Shown in pieces: positions 8,153 through 17,256 of a stretch of DNA of 64,000 nucleotides. Numbering within the stretch: position 1 is the first letter of the stretch; each line of letters opens with the position of its first letter. Source of the stretch: Thermoanaerobaculia bacterium (GTDB lineage Bacteria; Acidobacteriota; Thermoanaerobaculia; UBA5066); the NCBI GenBank assembly GCA_038245905.1, contig JBBRRY010000010.1:1-64000 (forward strand), read 5' to 3'. Below the pieces are notes generated by a model. It searched no databases, had not been told where the DNA came from, and was given only the letters and a program-made list of their open reading frames with translations. A program made the position numbers and the translations under genes.

Positions 8153-9358
8153 ATGGGAACCGCGCGTCGGGTCGTCGTGACGGGAATGGGGGCTCGGACC
8201 GCGTTCGGCCGGGGGGTGGAAGCGTTCTGGGAGGGCGCGCTGTCCGGGCGGTCGGCGATTCGTGAGGTCACGCGATTCGACACGGGACGCTTCCGCGCGC
8301 GCCACGCGGCCCTCATCGACGTCGACGTCGACGTCGACGTCGAAGGCGAAGGCCGGGGAACGGAACGCGAGATGATTTTCGCGTGTGCGGCGGCGGACGA
8401 AACTCTCGACGCGCTCGACGCTCGGGCCCGTCCTCCGTTCGGAGGCGCGCGTTCGGGAATCGTCGTCGGCACGACCCTCGCCGGCAACGGGCCCCTCACG
8501 GAATGGCTGAGATCGCGAGCCGCCGGATCCGAGCTGCTGTCCCGCGGCGAGACCGGCGCGCTCGCCCGCGACCTTGCCCGGCGATATGGCGCCGGCGGCC
8601 CCGTTTCCACGGTCTCCATCGCCTGCGCGTCGGGCGCCGCCGCGGTCGGCTTCGGAGCGGAGTGGATTCGGAATGGAGACGCGGACCTGGTTCTCGCCGG
8701 CGGCGCAGACGCCATCTCTCCCTTCGTCTTCTCGGGCTTCGACGCGCTGCGTGCGCTCAGCACGACGGCCGCGCGGCCGTTCGACATCGCGCGCGACGGT
8801 CTCACCCTGGGCGATGGGGCTGGATTCCTCCTTCTCGAGGAGGAGGAGCACGCGCGACGGCGCGGCGCGGTGATCCTCGCGCGCGTGGCGGGGTACGGTT
8901 CCGCGTCCGACGCCCATCACATGACCAGGCCCGATCCCGAGGGGCGCGGCCTCGTGCGCGCCATCCAGGCGGCTCTCGGGCGCGCGGGACGAACCGCGTC
9001 CGACGTGGGCTTCGTGAGCGCCCACGGGACCGGGACGACGTTCAACGACGCGATGGAAGAGGCCGCTCTGGCGCATGTCCTCGGGGCTCTCGCACGGACC
9101 GTGCCCGTGAACGGGATCAAGGGCGCGATCGGACACACGCTGGGGGCGGCGGGAGCGCTGGAGGCCGTTCTTTCGGTTCTCGTCCTCTCGCGGCAGCTCG
9201 TGCCGCCGACGGCTGGGCACGTGGCGTCGCGTGCCGATTCGCCGCTCACCGTCGTCTCGGGCCGGCGGCTCGTGCCCGCTCGCCCGGTCACCGTCGCGCT
9301 CTCGACATCGGCCGCGTTCGGGGGCACGAACGCCGCCCTCGTGCTGGAGAGTGCGTGA
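8153..9358 (+). CDS. Beta-ketoacyl-ACP synthase (FabF/FabB-like)
   Basis: RRVVVTGMG; complete Cys-His-His triad (ACASG, HGTGT, GHTLGAAG); AFGGTN. Confidence 0.93.
   Translation: MGTARRVVVTGMGARTAFGRGVEAFWEGALSGRSAIREVTRFDTGRFRARHAALIDVDVDVDVEGEGRGTEREMIFACAAADETLDALDARARPPFGGARSGIVVGTTLAGNGPLTEWLRSRAAGSELLSRGETGALARDLARRYGAGGPVSTVSIACASGAAAVGFGAEWIRNGDADLVLAGGADAISPFVFSGFDALRALSTTAARPFDIARDGLTLGDGAGFLLLEEEEHARRRGAVILARVAGYGSASDAHHMTRPDPEGRGLVRAIQAALGRAGRTASDVGFVSAHGTGTTFNDAMEEAALAHVLGALARTVPVNGIKGAIGHTLGAAGALEAVLSVLVLSRQLVPPTAGHVASRADSPLTVVSGRRLVPARPVTVALSTSAAFGGTNAALVLESA
8318..8341. repeat. (GACGTC)4 in-frame microsatellite encoding DVDVDVDV
   Basis: Read directly from the sequence. The unit is itself palindromic. 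Confidence 0.9.
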
Positions 9359-10308
9359 GACACGTCCTTCTCGTGGCGGCAGCGGACGGAACGGATGGCG
9401 GCGGCAGCGCGTCGGAGGACGCGAATCGTCTACGCCGGATGGACCGCTTCGGGCGGGCGGGCTATCTCGCCGGGACGCGCGCCTTTGCCGCGGCCGGCCT
9501 CGGCCGGGAAGCGGGACCGAACGCGCGCTCGGGCGTCGTCGTCGGCACGCGGCACGGGTGCCGCTCCGCGATCACCGGGCACGCGGCCCGCCTCGCCTCG
9601 GCGGCGCGGGTGGAGGATCTCGCTCCCTCGGTGTTCGCGGCCACCGTTCACAACACCGTGAACGGCGAGCTGGCCATCGCCCTCGGCTTCGGTGGAGTCT
9701 CGGAGGCGATCGTCACGGGACGGACGGCCGGTCTCGAAGCGTTGATCCTCGGCGCGCGCCGCGTGGCCGCGGGGGACGCGGACCGGATCCTCGTCGTCGC
9801 CGCGGAAGGCGTCGACGACGCGATGCGCGAGGCGTGGGAGGAAGAACGTGCTGTTCTCGGACCCCGAGCGGCGGGCGTCGATCTCGTCGAGACGGGGGCC
9901 GCGGTGCTCCTCGAAGCACGGGAGATTTCTTCGAATGGAGAAGAGGGAAGAGAGCGAATTCGATTTCTCGATGGCTGCATGTTTTTCGAGCCGGATGCGC
10001 GGCGGGCGGCGGCGCGTTTCTTCGAATGGGTGAAGGACATGGGAGCGCGATCGGGGGGCGACGTGCCTCGAGCACCCATCACGCTCTGCACGCCGGATTA
10101 CGAAGATTTCTTAGAAGGACAATCGGAGAAAGCGCCACGCGTCGAACGTTTCGGCGCGGCGGGCGCGTTCGAAATTGCCCGCGACGTCGCTCGAATAGTG
10201 AAAAGCGCGCCTTTTTCCTCCTCACCTTCTAAGAAGATCCGACTCTACGTGACGCGAGACGTTACGGGTGCCGTCGCTGCCGTAGCCCTGGAGTCCTCGT
10301 CTTTCTAG
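9355..10308 (+). CDS. Ketosynthase-like chain-length-factor protein (non-catalytic)
   Basis: GTGA coupling to the KS gene. LRRMDRFGR and APSVFAATVHNT..GELAI are typical of KS N-terminal/CLF proteins. No catalytic Cys or His. Confidence 0.78.
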   Translation: MRHVLLVAAADGTDGGGSASEDANRLRRMDRFGRAGYLAGTRAFAAAGLGREAGPNARSGVVVGTRHGCRSAITGHAARLASAARVEDLAPSVFAATVHNTVNGELAIALGFGGVSEAIVTGRTAGLEALILGARRVAAGDADRILVVAAEGVDDAMREAWEEERAVLGPRAAGVDLVETGAAVLLEAREISSNGEEGRERIRFLDGCMFFEPDARRAAARFFEWVKDMGARSGGDVPRAPITLCTPDYEDFLEGQSEKAPRVERFGAAGAFEIARDVARIVKSAPFSSSPSKKIRLYVTRDVTGAVAAVALESSSF

Positions 10309-12005
10309 CGTTTTCTATTTTCCGAAAGCAGCTCGTCGGGCTGTGGGACCGTGGGAATCGGCTCTTTCGGCAAGGGAGCACCGACGCCCGCGGCGCAGGC
10401 CTCGCGCCACCGCTCGACGGCGGCGCGCAGGGGAGCGGGACCCGGGTCATGCGCGAGGGCCTCTTCGAGGAGCGCGCGGGCGCGCGCGCGATTTCCACGC
10501 CGGGCCTCCAGTTCGCCGAGCTTCGCCGTCGCCTCGGCGAAGTCCGGCGCGCGCTCGTGCGCACGTTCGGCTTCCCGGAGTGCCGACTCGAGCCAATCGT
10601 TCGCGCGGTCTCGCTCGTGCCTTCGAACGAGACCGAGCGCCTCGCGGGCCTCCCGATAGCGGCTGTAACCCTCCGCGAGCCACGCGTCTGCCGGAAACGG
10701 AATGCCCATGGGTGGCGGACCGCCGGGGCTCCCGAGGATGGCCTCGAGGTCGATTGGAACGTACGGCCCGAGCGTGTGAGGCGAGGCGGCCACCCAGGCC
10801 CGCCGGTGCGTGAGGTCGAAGACGATCGAGTGCGCCGCGATCGAAGCGTCGATGGCGTTGCGATTCCCGGGGCCGAGCTCCCGGCCGTCCGTGCCCCTCC
10901 GGTCGCGCAGGATGGCGATCGCAGCCGGCACGTCGAGAGAGGCGCCGCGCTCTCTCAAGAGGACGTCGAGGCGGGAACGCCTCTTACGCGACGTCGATTC
11001 CGGCGGCAGCGTGCGGGCGCCGCGCCTCAATCTCGGGTCTTCGGCTTCGTTCGTGACGGCAAGGGGTACGCCCGCGCTCTCGCGGACCGCGAAAGCAGAC
11101 GGGCTCTTCTCGACGACCGCGAAGCGCCCGCTCTTCGCGTCCCCGAGGAGAATCAGGTCGGAGACGAAGACCCTCGCGGAAGAGAGGCGCGCCACCGCGC
11201 CCTCGAACGTGCTCTCTTTCGCGAGAACCTCGGCGAGGAGAAGCGTCATCGGGGTGCCCGAGGCCGCCGTCTCGCCGCCGGCGAGCGCGTTGATCGCGAC
11301 GCCGATCCCCTCGCGGTTGAAGCCCGAAACGACGCCGAGCATCCCGGAGAATCCGACGGAGAGGTACGGAATCCCGTCCGCGGGCGCGATGACCGAGACG
11401 AGCTTCTGTCGGTCGAAGATGTCGCCGCCCTCGAAATCGAAGTTCCGCGCAAGGAGGAGCGAGCCGTCGGCGCCTCTCGCGAGGAAGCCGGTACAGGCCG
11501 CGGCGAGCGCGGGCGCGTCCACGAAGCGCTGCGAGACGTCGTGCAGCGCGTGCATGTCCAGAAGCCGGCGGTAGGCGTTCCAGCCGGAGGGCGGAGGCAC
11601 GGGCTCGTAGCCGTCCGCGAGCCCCGCAATCGCGACGAGGAGATCATTCGGAATGTCGTCGGGGAGCCCGCGGAGGCGGTAGGCCGAGAGCTGCCGGATG
11701 AGCGACCTCCTGAGGCCGCCGGGGATGAGGACCGTGAAGAGCTCCTCGAGATGCGTCTCCTGCGAGCGAACCCACGGGCGTGTGAGGCGGCCAAAGGAAT
11801 GTCCGAGGTCGTAGGGCGCGCCGACAAAACGCCCAACGAGGATCCCCGACTCTTCGGTGAGCCACGACGTTCCGAGCCGGCTGACGCGGCCGTGGACTTC
11901 CGGAGCGACGTCTCTTGCGGAAGCCGAGGGCGCGGTCTCGGGCCGCCGCGGCGCGCAGGCGAAGAGGAGGACCACGGCGGCCGCGAGGGCAGACGCGCGC
12001 TTCAC
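10305..12005 (-). CDS. C45 family autoproteolytic acyltransferase/hydrolase lipoprotein with C-terminal TPR-like region
   Basis: Lipobox LLFAC; Ntn nucleophile AACTGF; ARNFDF; GFNREGI. GTG 12005 overlaps the upstream stop. Confidence 0.85.
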   Translation of the reverse strand: MKRASALAAAVVLLFACAPRRPETAPSASARDVAPEVHGRVSRLGTSWLTEESGILVGRFVGAPYDLGHSFGRLTRPWVRSQETHLEELFTVLIPGGLRRSLIRQLSAYRLRGLPDDIPNDLLVAIAGLADGYEPVPPPSGWNAYRRLLDMHALHDVSQRFVDAPALAAACTGFLARGADGSLLLARNFDFEGGDIFDRQKLVSVIAPADGIPYLSVGFSGMLGVVSGFNREGIGVAINALAGGETAASGTPMTLLLAEVLAKESTFEGAVARLSSARVFVSDLILLGDAKSGRFAVVEKSPSAFAVRESAGVPLAVTNEAEDPRLRRGARTLPPESTSRKRRSRLDVLLRERGASLDVPAAIAILRDRRGTDGRELGPGNRNAIDASIAAHSIVFDLTHRRAWVAASPHTLGPYVPIDLEAILGSPGGPPPMGIPFPADAWLAEGYSRYREAREALGLVRRHERDRANDWLESALREAERAHERAPDFAEATAKLGELEARRGNRARARALLEEALAHDPGPAPLRAAVERWREACAAGVGAPLPKEPIPTVPQPDELLSENRKR

Positions 12006-12949
12006 GTCGCGGTATCCCAGAAACGCGTGAAGAGATACCACTGGGACGGGTATTCGCGGATCGTGCGCTCCATCGAAGCGACGAAGAGCGAGAGGGCGGC
12101 TTCGACGGCCGCGTCGCCCTCCTCGCCTCGTGCGTTCGGCACGAGGATCGCCTCCTCGACGATCGTCCGGTATCTCCCGTCGTCCTCCTGGAGGACGAAG
12201 ACGGGGAAGATCGGCGCTCCCGAAGCCTGCGCGAGGCGAAAGGGTCCCACGGGAAACGAGGACGACCTTCCGAAGAACGGCATTCGCCTGCCGGTGCCCG
12301 AAACGTCGCGGTCGCCCTGGATCGCGACGCAGAGGTTTTCCTCGAGCGCCTTGCGGACGGGAAGGAAGGCAAACGGCGACGTGTCGACCGGGAGCCCGCG
12401 GACGCCGAGCATTCGCCGCGCGTCTTCGCGGTGTTTCTCGATGACGGGCGACGGGTCGGGCACGTACACGACCGCCACCTTCAGCCCGAGCTGGGCGAGG
12501 AAGAGCCCCCCGAGCTCGAAGTTGCCGACGTGCGCGGTCAGGAGGATCGCGCCCCGGCCCTCGCGCGACGCCGTGACGAGACGCTCGTCGCCGGAACGCG
12601 ACCCGAGGAGCGACCGGGGGTCCACGTCCCTTCGTCCCGCGTAGCGGAGAAGATCGATCCAGAGGCGGGAATGCCGCGACACCATCTCACGCCCCGTCCG
12701 TTCGACCGCCCGCGCGTTCCGCGGGAGGTCGAGGACGGCCGCGACGTTGTCGAGGATCGCCTCCCGGACATCCTCGCGCTCCCAGATCGCCCGTTCGGCC
12801 GTGGCTTCCGCGAGGCGCGCCACGAAGACGGGAGGAAGGGTGCGGGCCATCCAGCGGAAGAACGGAAACCAGAGTCCGAACGTCACGCTGACGAAATTCG
12901 AGACAATCGTCGGCTTCTCGAGGGGCGAAGCGGGCGGGGCCGGCGGCAT
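12002..12949 (-). CDS. LpxL/lysophospholipid acyltransferase family protein
   Basis: TAHVGNFE, IQGDRD, FFGR...FPVGPF.LA, YPSQWY.F..FW. Confidence 0.9.
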   Translation of the reverse strand: MPPAPPASPLEKPTIVSNFVSVTFGLWFPFFRWMARTLPPVFVARLAEATAERAIWEREDVREAILDNVAAVLDLPRNARAVERTGREMVSRHSRLWIDLLRYAGRRDVDPRSLLGSRSGDERLVTASREGRGAILLTAHVGNFELGGLFLAQLGLKVAVVYVPDPSPVIEKHREDARRMLGVRGLPVDTSPFAFLPVRKALEENLCVAIQGDRDVSGTGRRMPFFGRSSSFPVGPFRLAQASGAPIFPVFVLQEDDGRYRTIVEEAILVPNARGEEGDAAVEAALSLFVASMERTIREYPSQWYLFTRFWDTAT

Positions 12950-13022
12950 GGCCCGAGAATGCCACGCGCGGACGAATTCGGGTCGAATCGACTACGATTG
13001 AGGGTCGCGAGGGAGGTTCTCG

Positions 13023-14078
13023 ATGATCGACACGATCCGCAAGCAGCTCGGCGAGCGCGCGTCACTCCTCGACTACAAGGCGACCGGAATCGCGGCGTCG
13101 ATGCTGCACCTCCCGGGCCCGGATTTTGTGGACCGCGTCTTCGTTCCGTCCGACCGGCCGTCGGCCGTCCTCCGGAACCTGAGCTGGATGTTCGGTACGG
13201 GCCGCCTCGCGAACACGGGCTATCTGTCGATTCTTCCCGTGGACCAGGGCATCGAGCATTCCGGTGCGGCCTCGTTTTCGCCGAACCCGGAGTACTTCGA
13301 CCCGGTCAACATCGTGCGGCTCGCGCACGAGGGGGGATGCAACGCGGTCGCCTCGACGCTCGGCGTCCTCGGCGCGGTGGCGCGCGAATACGCCCACCGC
13401 ATCCCATTCATCGTGAAGCTGAACCACAACGAGCTGCTCACGTATCCGGCGACGTACGACGAGACGGTGTACGGATCGGTCAAGCAGGCCTTCGAGATGG
13501 GAGCCGTCGGGGTGGGCGCCACGATCTATTTCGGCGCGGAGAACTCGCGCCGCCAGATCACGGAGACGTCTCAGGCATTCCAGCACGCCCACGAGCTCGG
13601 GATGTTCACGGTCCTGTGGTGCTACCTCAGGAACCCGGCCTTCAAGACGAAGGAGCAGGACTTTCACGTTGCGGCCGATCTCACGTCGCAGGCGAACCAC
13701 ATCGGCGTCACGATCGAGGCGGACATCATCAAGCAGAAGCAGCCCGAGAACGACGGCGGATACCGCGCGCTCGCGTTTTCGAACAAGCCGAAGGACGAGA
13801 TCTATCAGAAGCTCGTTCCGAGCCATCCGATCGAGTGGACGCGCTGGCAGGTCGTGAACTCGTACATGGGGCGCGCGGGTCTCATCAATTCCGGAGGCGC
13901 GTCGGGCGGCAAGGACGACACGGGGCAGGCGGTCGCGACGGCCGTGATCAACAAGCGAGCGGGCGGCATGGGCCTCATCTCGGGCCGCAAGGCCTTCCAG
14001 CGGCCCCGGGCCGAAGGCATCGCGCTTCTCCACGCGATCCAGAACGTCTACCTGAGCAAGGACGTCACCGTCGCATGA
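13023..14078 (+). CDS. fbaB: Class I fructose-bisphosphate aldolase
   Basis: [33 protein letters not shown]; GGAGG SD upstream. Confidence 0.96.
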   Translation: MIDTIRKQLGERASLLDYKATGIAASMLHLPGPDFVDRVFVPSDRPSAVLRNLSWMFGTGRLANTGYLSILPVDQGIEHSGAASFSPNPEYFDPVNIVRLAHEGGCNAVASTLGVLGAVAREYAHRIPFIVKLNHNELLTYPATYDETVYGSVKQAFEMGAVGVGATIYFGAENSRRQITETSQAFQHAHELGMFTVLWCYLRNPAFKTKEQDFHVAADLTSQANHIGVTIEADIIKQKQPENDGGYRALAFSNKPKDEIYQKLVPSHPIEWTRWQVVNSYMGRAGLINSGGASGGKDDTGQAVATAVINKRAGGMGLISGRKAFQRPRAEGIALLHAIQNVYLSKDVTVA

Positions 14079-15097
14079 GACGCCCCGTCGTCCTCATCAC
14101 GGGAGCGGGCGGCGAGATAGGCCACGGCCTCATCACGCGCCTCGCCGCCGATGGTTCGCGACCCATCCTGACGCTCGACCTCAAGCCTCTCGATCCCGAG
14201 CTGGGCCGCCTCGTCGCCCGGGAGTTCATCGGTTCGATCCTCGACCGGACGGTTCTCGAGCGCATCCTTTCGGAGTTCGAGATCGACCTCATCTTCCATC
14301 TCGCGGCCCTTCTCTCGACGCGAAGCGAGTTCACGCCCGTCACGGCGCACCAGGTGAACGTCGAGGGAACGCTTCAGCTGCTCGAGTTCGCGCAGAACGA
14401 GAGGCAGTCGCACGGGCGCCCCGTCACCTTCCTGTACCCGTCCTCGATCGCGGCGTACGGATTGCCGGACCTCGCGACGAAGGCGCGCACCGGCCGCGTC
14501 AAGGAGGACGACTTCAACCAGCCGACGACGATGTACGGCTGCAACAAGCTCTACGCCGAGCACCTCGGGCGCTACTACTCGCGCCACTACAAGCAGCTCT
14601 CGTCCGAAGAGGTGAAAGGGCGCGTCGACTTCCGCTGCGTCCGGTTTCCAGGCCTCATTTCGGCGGTCACGGTCCCGTCCGGTGGCACGTCCGACTACGT
14701 GCCCGAGATGATTCACGCCGCCGCGGAGGGGAATCCCTACGCCTGCTTCGTCCGCGAGGACACGCGAATCCCGTTCATGGCGATGCCCGACGGCGTCGAG
14801 GCTCTTCTCCGGCTCGCGGCCGCGACCGCGGGCTCCCTGACCCGGCAGGTCTACAACGTGGGGGCCTTCGCACCGTCCGCCGGAGAGATCCGGTGCCTTG
14901 TCGCGAAGGCGTTCCCTTCCGCGGACATCAGCTTCGTGCCGGACTTGAAGCGTCAGGGCATCGTCGACTCGTGGCCCGGCGACGTCGACGACGCCGCGGC
15001 ACGTGCGGACTGGGGCTTTGCGCCGAAGTACGGGCTCGACGCGGCGTTCTCGGACTACCTCATCCCGACGATCCGGAACCGCTACCGGAAGGCGTGA
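14075..15097 (+). CDS. NAD-dependent epimerase/dehydratase, SDR-type L-threonine 3-dehydrogenase-like
   Basis: [34 protein letters not shown]...PSGGTSDY. Confidence 0.88.
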   Translation: MRRPVVLITGAGGEIGHGLITRLAADGSRPILTLDLKPLDPELGRLVAREFIGSILDRTVLERILSEFEIDLIFHLAALLSTRSEFTPVTAHQVNVEGTLQLLEFAQNERQSHGRPVTFLYPSSIAAYGLPDLATKARTGRVKEDDFNQPTTMYGCNKLYAEHLGRYYSRHYKQLSSEEVKGRVDFRCVRFPGLISAVTVPSGGTSDYVPEMIHAAAEGNPYACFVREDTRIPFMAMPDGVEALLRLAAATAGSLTRQVYNVGAFAPSAGEIRCLVAKAFPSADISFVPDLKRQGIVDSWPGDVDDAAARADWGFAPKYGLDAAFSDYLIPTIRNRYRKA

Positions 15098-15127
15098 CCG
15101 GCCGCTTCTCTTCGGACCGCTGCGTCC

Positions 15128-16282
15128 TCATTGGAAGTAGCCGCCCACATCGAGAATGAAGTCCACCGTACCGGGTGAATTGTTGCGCACCCGGATCGTT
15201 CCCGACCCGTCCGTCGCGAGCCTCACGAGCGCGTTGTTCGCCCGCGACGGTCCCGCGGGAAAGCTGATGGCTTCGGCAGCCCCGGGAGAGCCGTCCCCCT
15301 GGTAGACCTGGAGGGAGCCCGCCGCCGCCGCGTTCGTCACCGTCATGTTCACCGACAAGGAGGTGGCCTCTGGCGGAACGGCGCAGGATCCTGTCACCGT
15401 GAAGATCCGGTCCGGGCGCCCAGAAGGCTCCAGAGCCGGTCCGCCGAGCGGTCCGCCGGGACCACGGGTGTCGATGATCCGGCACGGCGCCACCGCGTAG
15501 AAGAGGCTGGCGCTGCCGGCCTCGACAACCGAGACGCTCGCGAAACCCTGGGTCGTGAAGCACGTCCCGACGATCGGCGCCGAGACGCCGAGCGTGAGGG
15601 TTCCGGGAATTCCCGCCGTGAACGTGATCCGGCTCGTGCCCTGCCCCGCGGTAATCGTTCCGTTCCCGATCGACCACGTATAGACGGTGTTCGGCTGGTT
15701 GGGAGCACTCGCGACGTGACCGGGCGACCCCGCGCCGACGGCGGTGGGAGCGTCGATGGGAATCGGCGGAGGAGGTGGAGGTGGAAGGGGAATGATCGAG
15801 GTGTCGGCGCCCGCGCTGTTGTTCGCGAGGTCCGGGTCTCCGGGAGACGTCGCCGCCACGGTCGCGGTGTTCGAGATCGTTCCGATACCAGCCGAGCACT
15901 TCACGGTCCCGGTCAGGAAGATCGTGGCGGAGGCGCCGTTCGCGAGAGCCGGAAAAGTCACGGTGCGCGTGTTTCCGGTGCCGCCGCACACTCCACCGCC
16001 GTCCGAGGAGCAGGAGTCGAAGGAGAGAGACGCCGGGAGATCGTCGGTCACGACGACGTTCGATGCGTCCGACGGCCCGAGGTTCCTTACCGTGATCGTG
16101 TAGGTCAATTGAGAGCCCAACGTCGTGCCGGAAGGCGCCGACTTCATGAGAGCGAGGTCGGCCATGGGTGGCGGCGGCGGCGCTGCCGCGGCCTCCCGGG
16201 AAGACACCGCCCGGAGAAGCGCAATGAAGACGCTGGCGAAAAGGAGCCGGCGCAGACCACGAGCACCAGAAACGGGCTTCAT
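15128..16282 (-). CDS. Secreted DUF11/PKD-like protein with C-terminal PCRxxDTR...GYFQ domain
   Basis: Signal peptide, DUF11 (ADLALMKS...LTYTITVRNLGPSDA...DPDLANNSA), poly-Pro linkers, shared C-terminal domain; GGAGG SD. Confidence 0.88.
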   Translation of the reverse strand: MKPVSGARGLRRLLFASVFIALLRAVSSREAAAAPPPPPMADLALMKSAPSGTTLGSQLTYTITVRNLGPSDASNVVVTDDLPASLSFDSCSSDGGGVCGGTGNTRTVTFPALANGASATIFLTGTVKCSAGIGTISNTATVAATSPGDPDLANNSAGADTSIIPLPPPPPPPIPIDAPTAVGAGSPGHVASAPNQPNTVYTWSIGNGTITAGQGTSRITFTAGIPGTLTLGVSAPIVGTCFTTQGFASVSVVEAGSASLFYAVAPCRIIDTRGPGGPLGGPALEPSGRPDRIFTVTGSCAVPPEATSLSVNMTVTNAAAAGSLQVYQGDGSPGAAEAISFPAGPSRANNALVRLATDGSGTIRVRNNSPGTVDFILDVGGYFQ

Positions 16283-16362
16283 GCGACCTCCGATACTGGG
16301 TGTGTCGCGAAACGCGGCGAGCTAACTCATTCCCGGACTTGTTCCAAAAACGAACGATTCCG

Positions 16363-17232
16363 CTAGCGCGTCTGGCCTTTCAGGAACGACAGGACGTGCG
16401 AGAAGTCCTTCGCGCCGAGGCCGGCCTTCCGCGCGCGCTCGTAGTCGCCCCGCGCGGCGTCGACGACCGGCGCCGAGGCAGGGCCGCCGCCGGCCTCGAC
16501 CACGAGGCGGAGGTCCTTCTCCATGAGAGCGAGCTGGAAGGCTGCTGGCTCGCCGCCCTGGGCGAGAAAATCCATCTTGGCCTTGAGATAGGGCGAGACG
16601 GACGGAATCGAGAGGAGCCATGACAGCGTCTCCTCCGGAGGCAGGCCGAGGGACGTCGAGAGAGAGAGCGCTTCGCCGAAGGCTGCGATCGTGACGCCGT
16701 ACATGAGGTTGTTGACGAGCTTCATGGCCGAGCCCTGACCGACGTCCCCGAACCGCAGGGTTTCGCTGCTCACCGCGTCGAGGATGGGCTTCGCTTTCGC
16801 GAGGACATTCGGATCGCCGCCCGCGAGGAGCTTCAGCGTGCCGTCGGTCGCGGGCTTGACGCTCCCCGCTACGGGCACGTCGCAGAAGTCGGCGCCTTTT
16901 TTCCGAGCCTTCCCGGCGGCGCGCCGCGAAGCGTCGGGCGTGACGGTCGAGAAATCGAGCCAGATTTTTCCAGGCGCGAGGCCGGCGACGAGACCGTCCG
17001 GCCCGTCCGCGACGGCCTCGAGCGCCGCGGGATCGGAGAGCATCGTGCAGACGACGTCCGCTGCGGCCGCGGCTTCGCGGGCGGTCGGGGCGAGCGTCGC
17101 GCCAGCGGCGGCGATCTTCCCGCCGCGCTCCGGGTTGCGGTTCCACACGGTCAGGGGGAAGCCGGCCGCGAGAATGCGGCGGGCCATGGGAGCGCCCATC
17201 GCGCCGAGACCGAGAAAAGCAACACGTGTCAT
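16363..17232 (-). CDS. 3-hydroxyisobutyrate/tartronate semialdehyde reductase family NAD(P)-dependent oxidoreductase
   Basis: FLGLGAMG, WNRN, DVPVAGS, MKLVNN, LMEKD. Confidence 0.92.
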   Translation of the reverse strand: MTRVAFLGLGAMGAPMARRILAAGFPLTVWNRNPERGGKIAAAGATLAPTAREAAAAADVVCTMLSDPAALEAVADGPDGLVAGLAPGKIWLDFSTVTPDASRRAAGKARKKGADFCDVPVAGSVKPATDGTLKLLAGGDPNVLAKAKPILDAVSSETLRFGDVGQGSAMKLVNNLMYGVTIAAFGEALSLSTSLGLPPEETLSWLLSIPSVSPYLKAKMDFLAQGGEPAAFQLALMEKDLRLVVEAGGGPASAPVVDAARGDYERARKAGLGAKDFSHVLSFLKGQTR

Positions 17233-17238
17233 GCGCGC

Positions 17239-17248
17239 ATCTTAAGAT
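17239..17248. promoter_or_regulatory. Palindromic bidirectional -10 element ATCTTAAGAT
   Basis: TAAGAT on both strands, 6 nt and 8 nt from two divergent ATGs separated by only 24 bp. Confidence 0.7.
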
Positions 17249-17256
17249 CCCCGGCC

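Noticed and set aside
16345-16362. Intrinsic terminator after the dehydrogenase gene
   Set aside because: A T-run is present on the minus strand, but the stem is only about 4 bp with a wobble pair.
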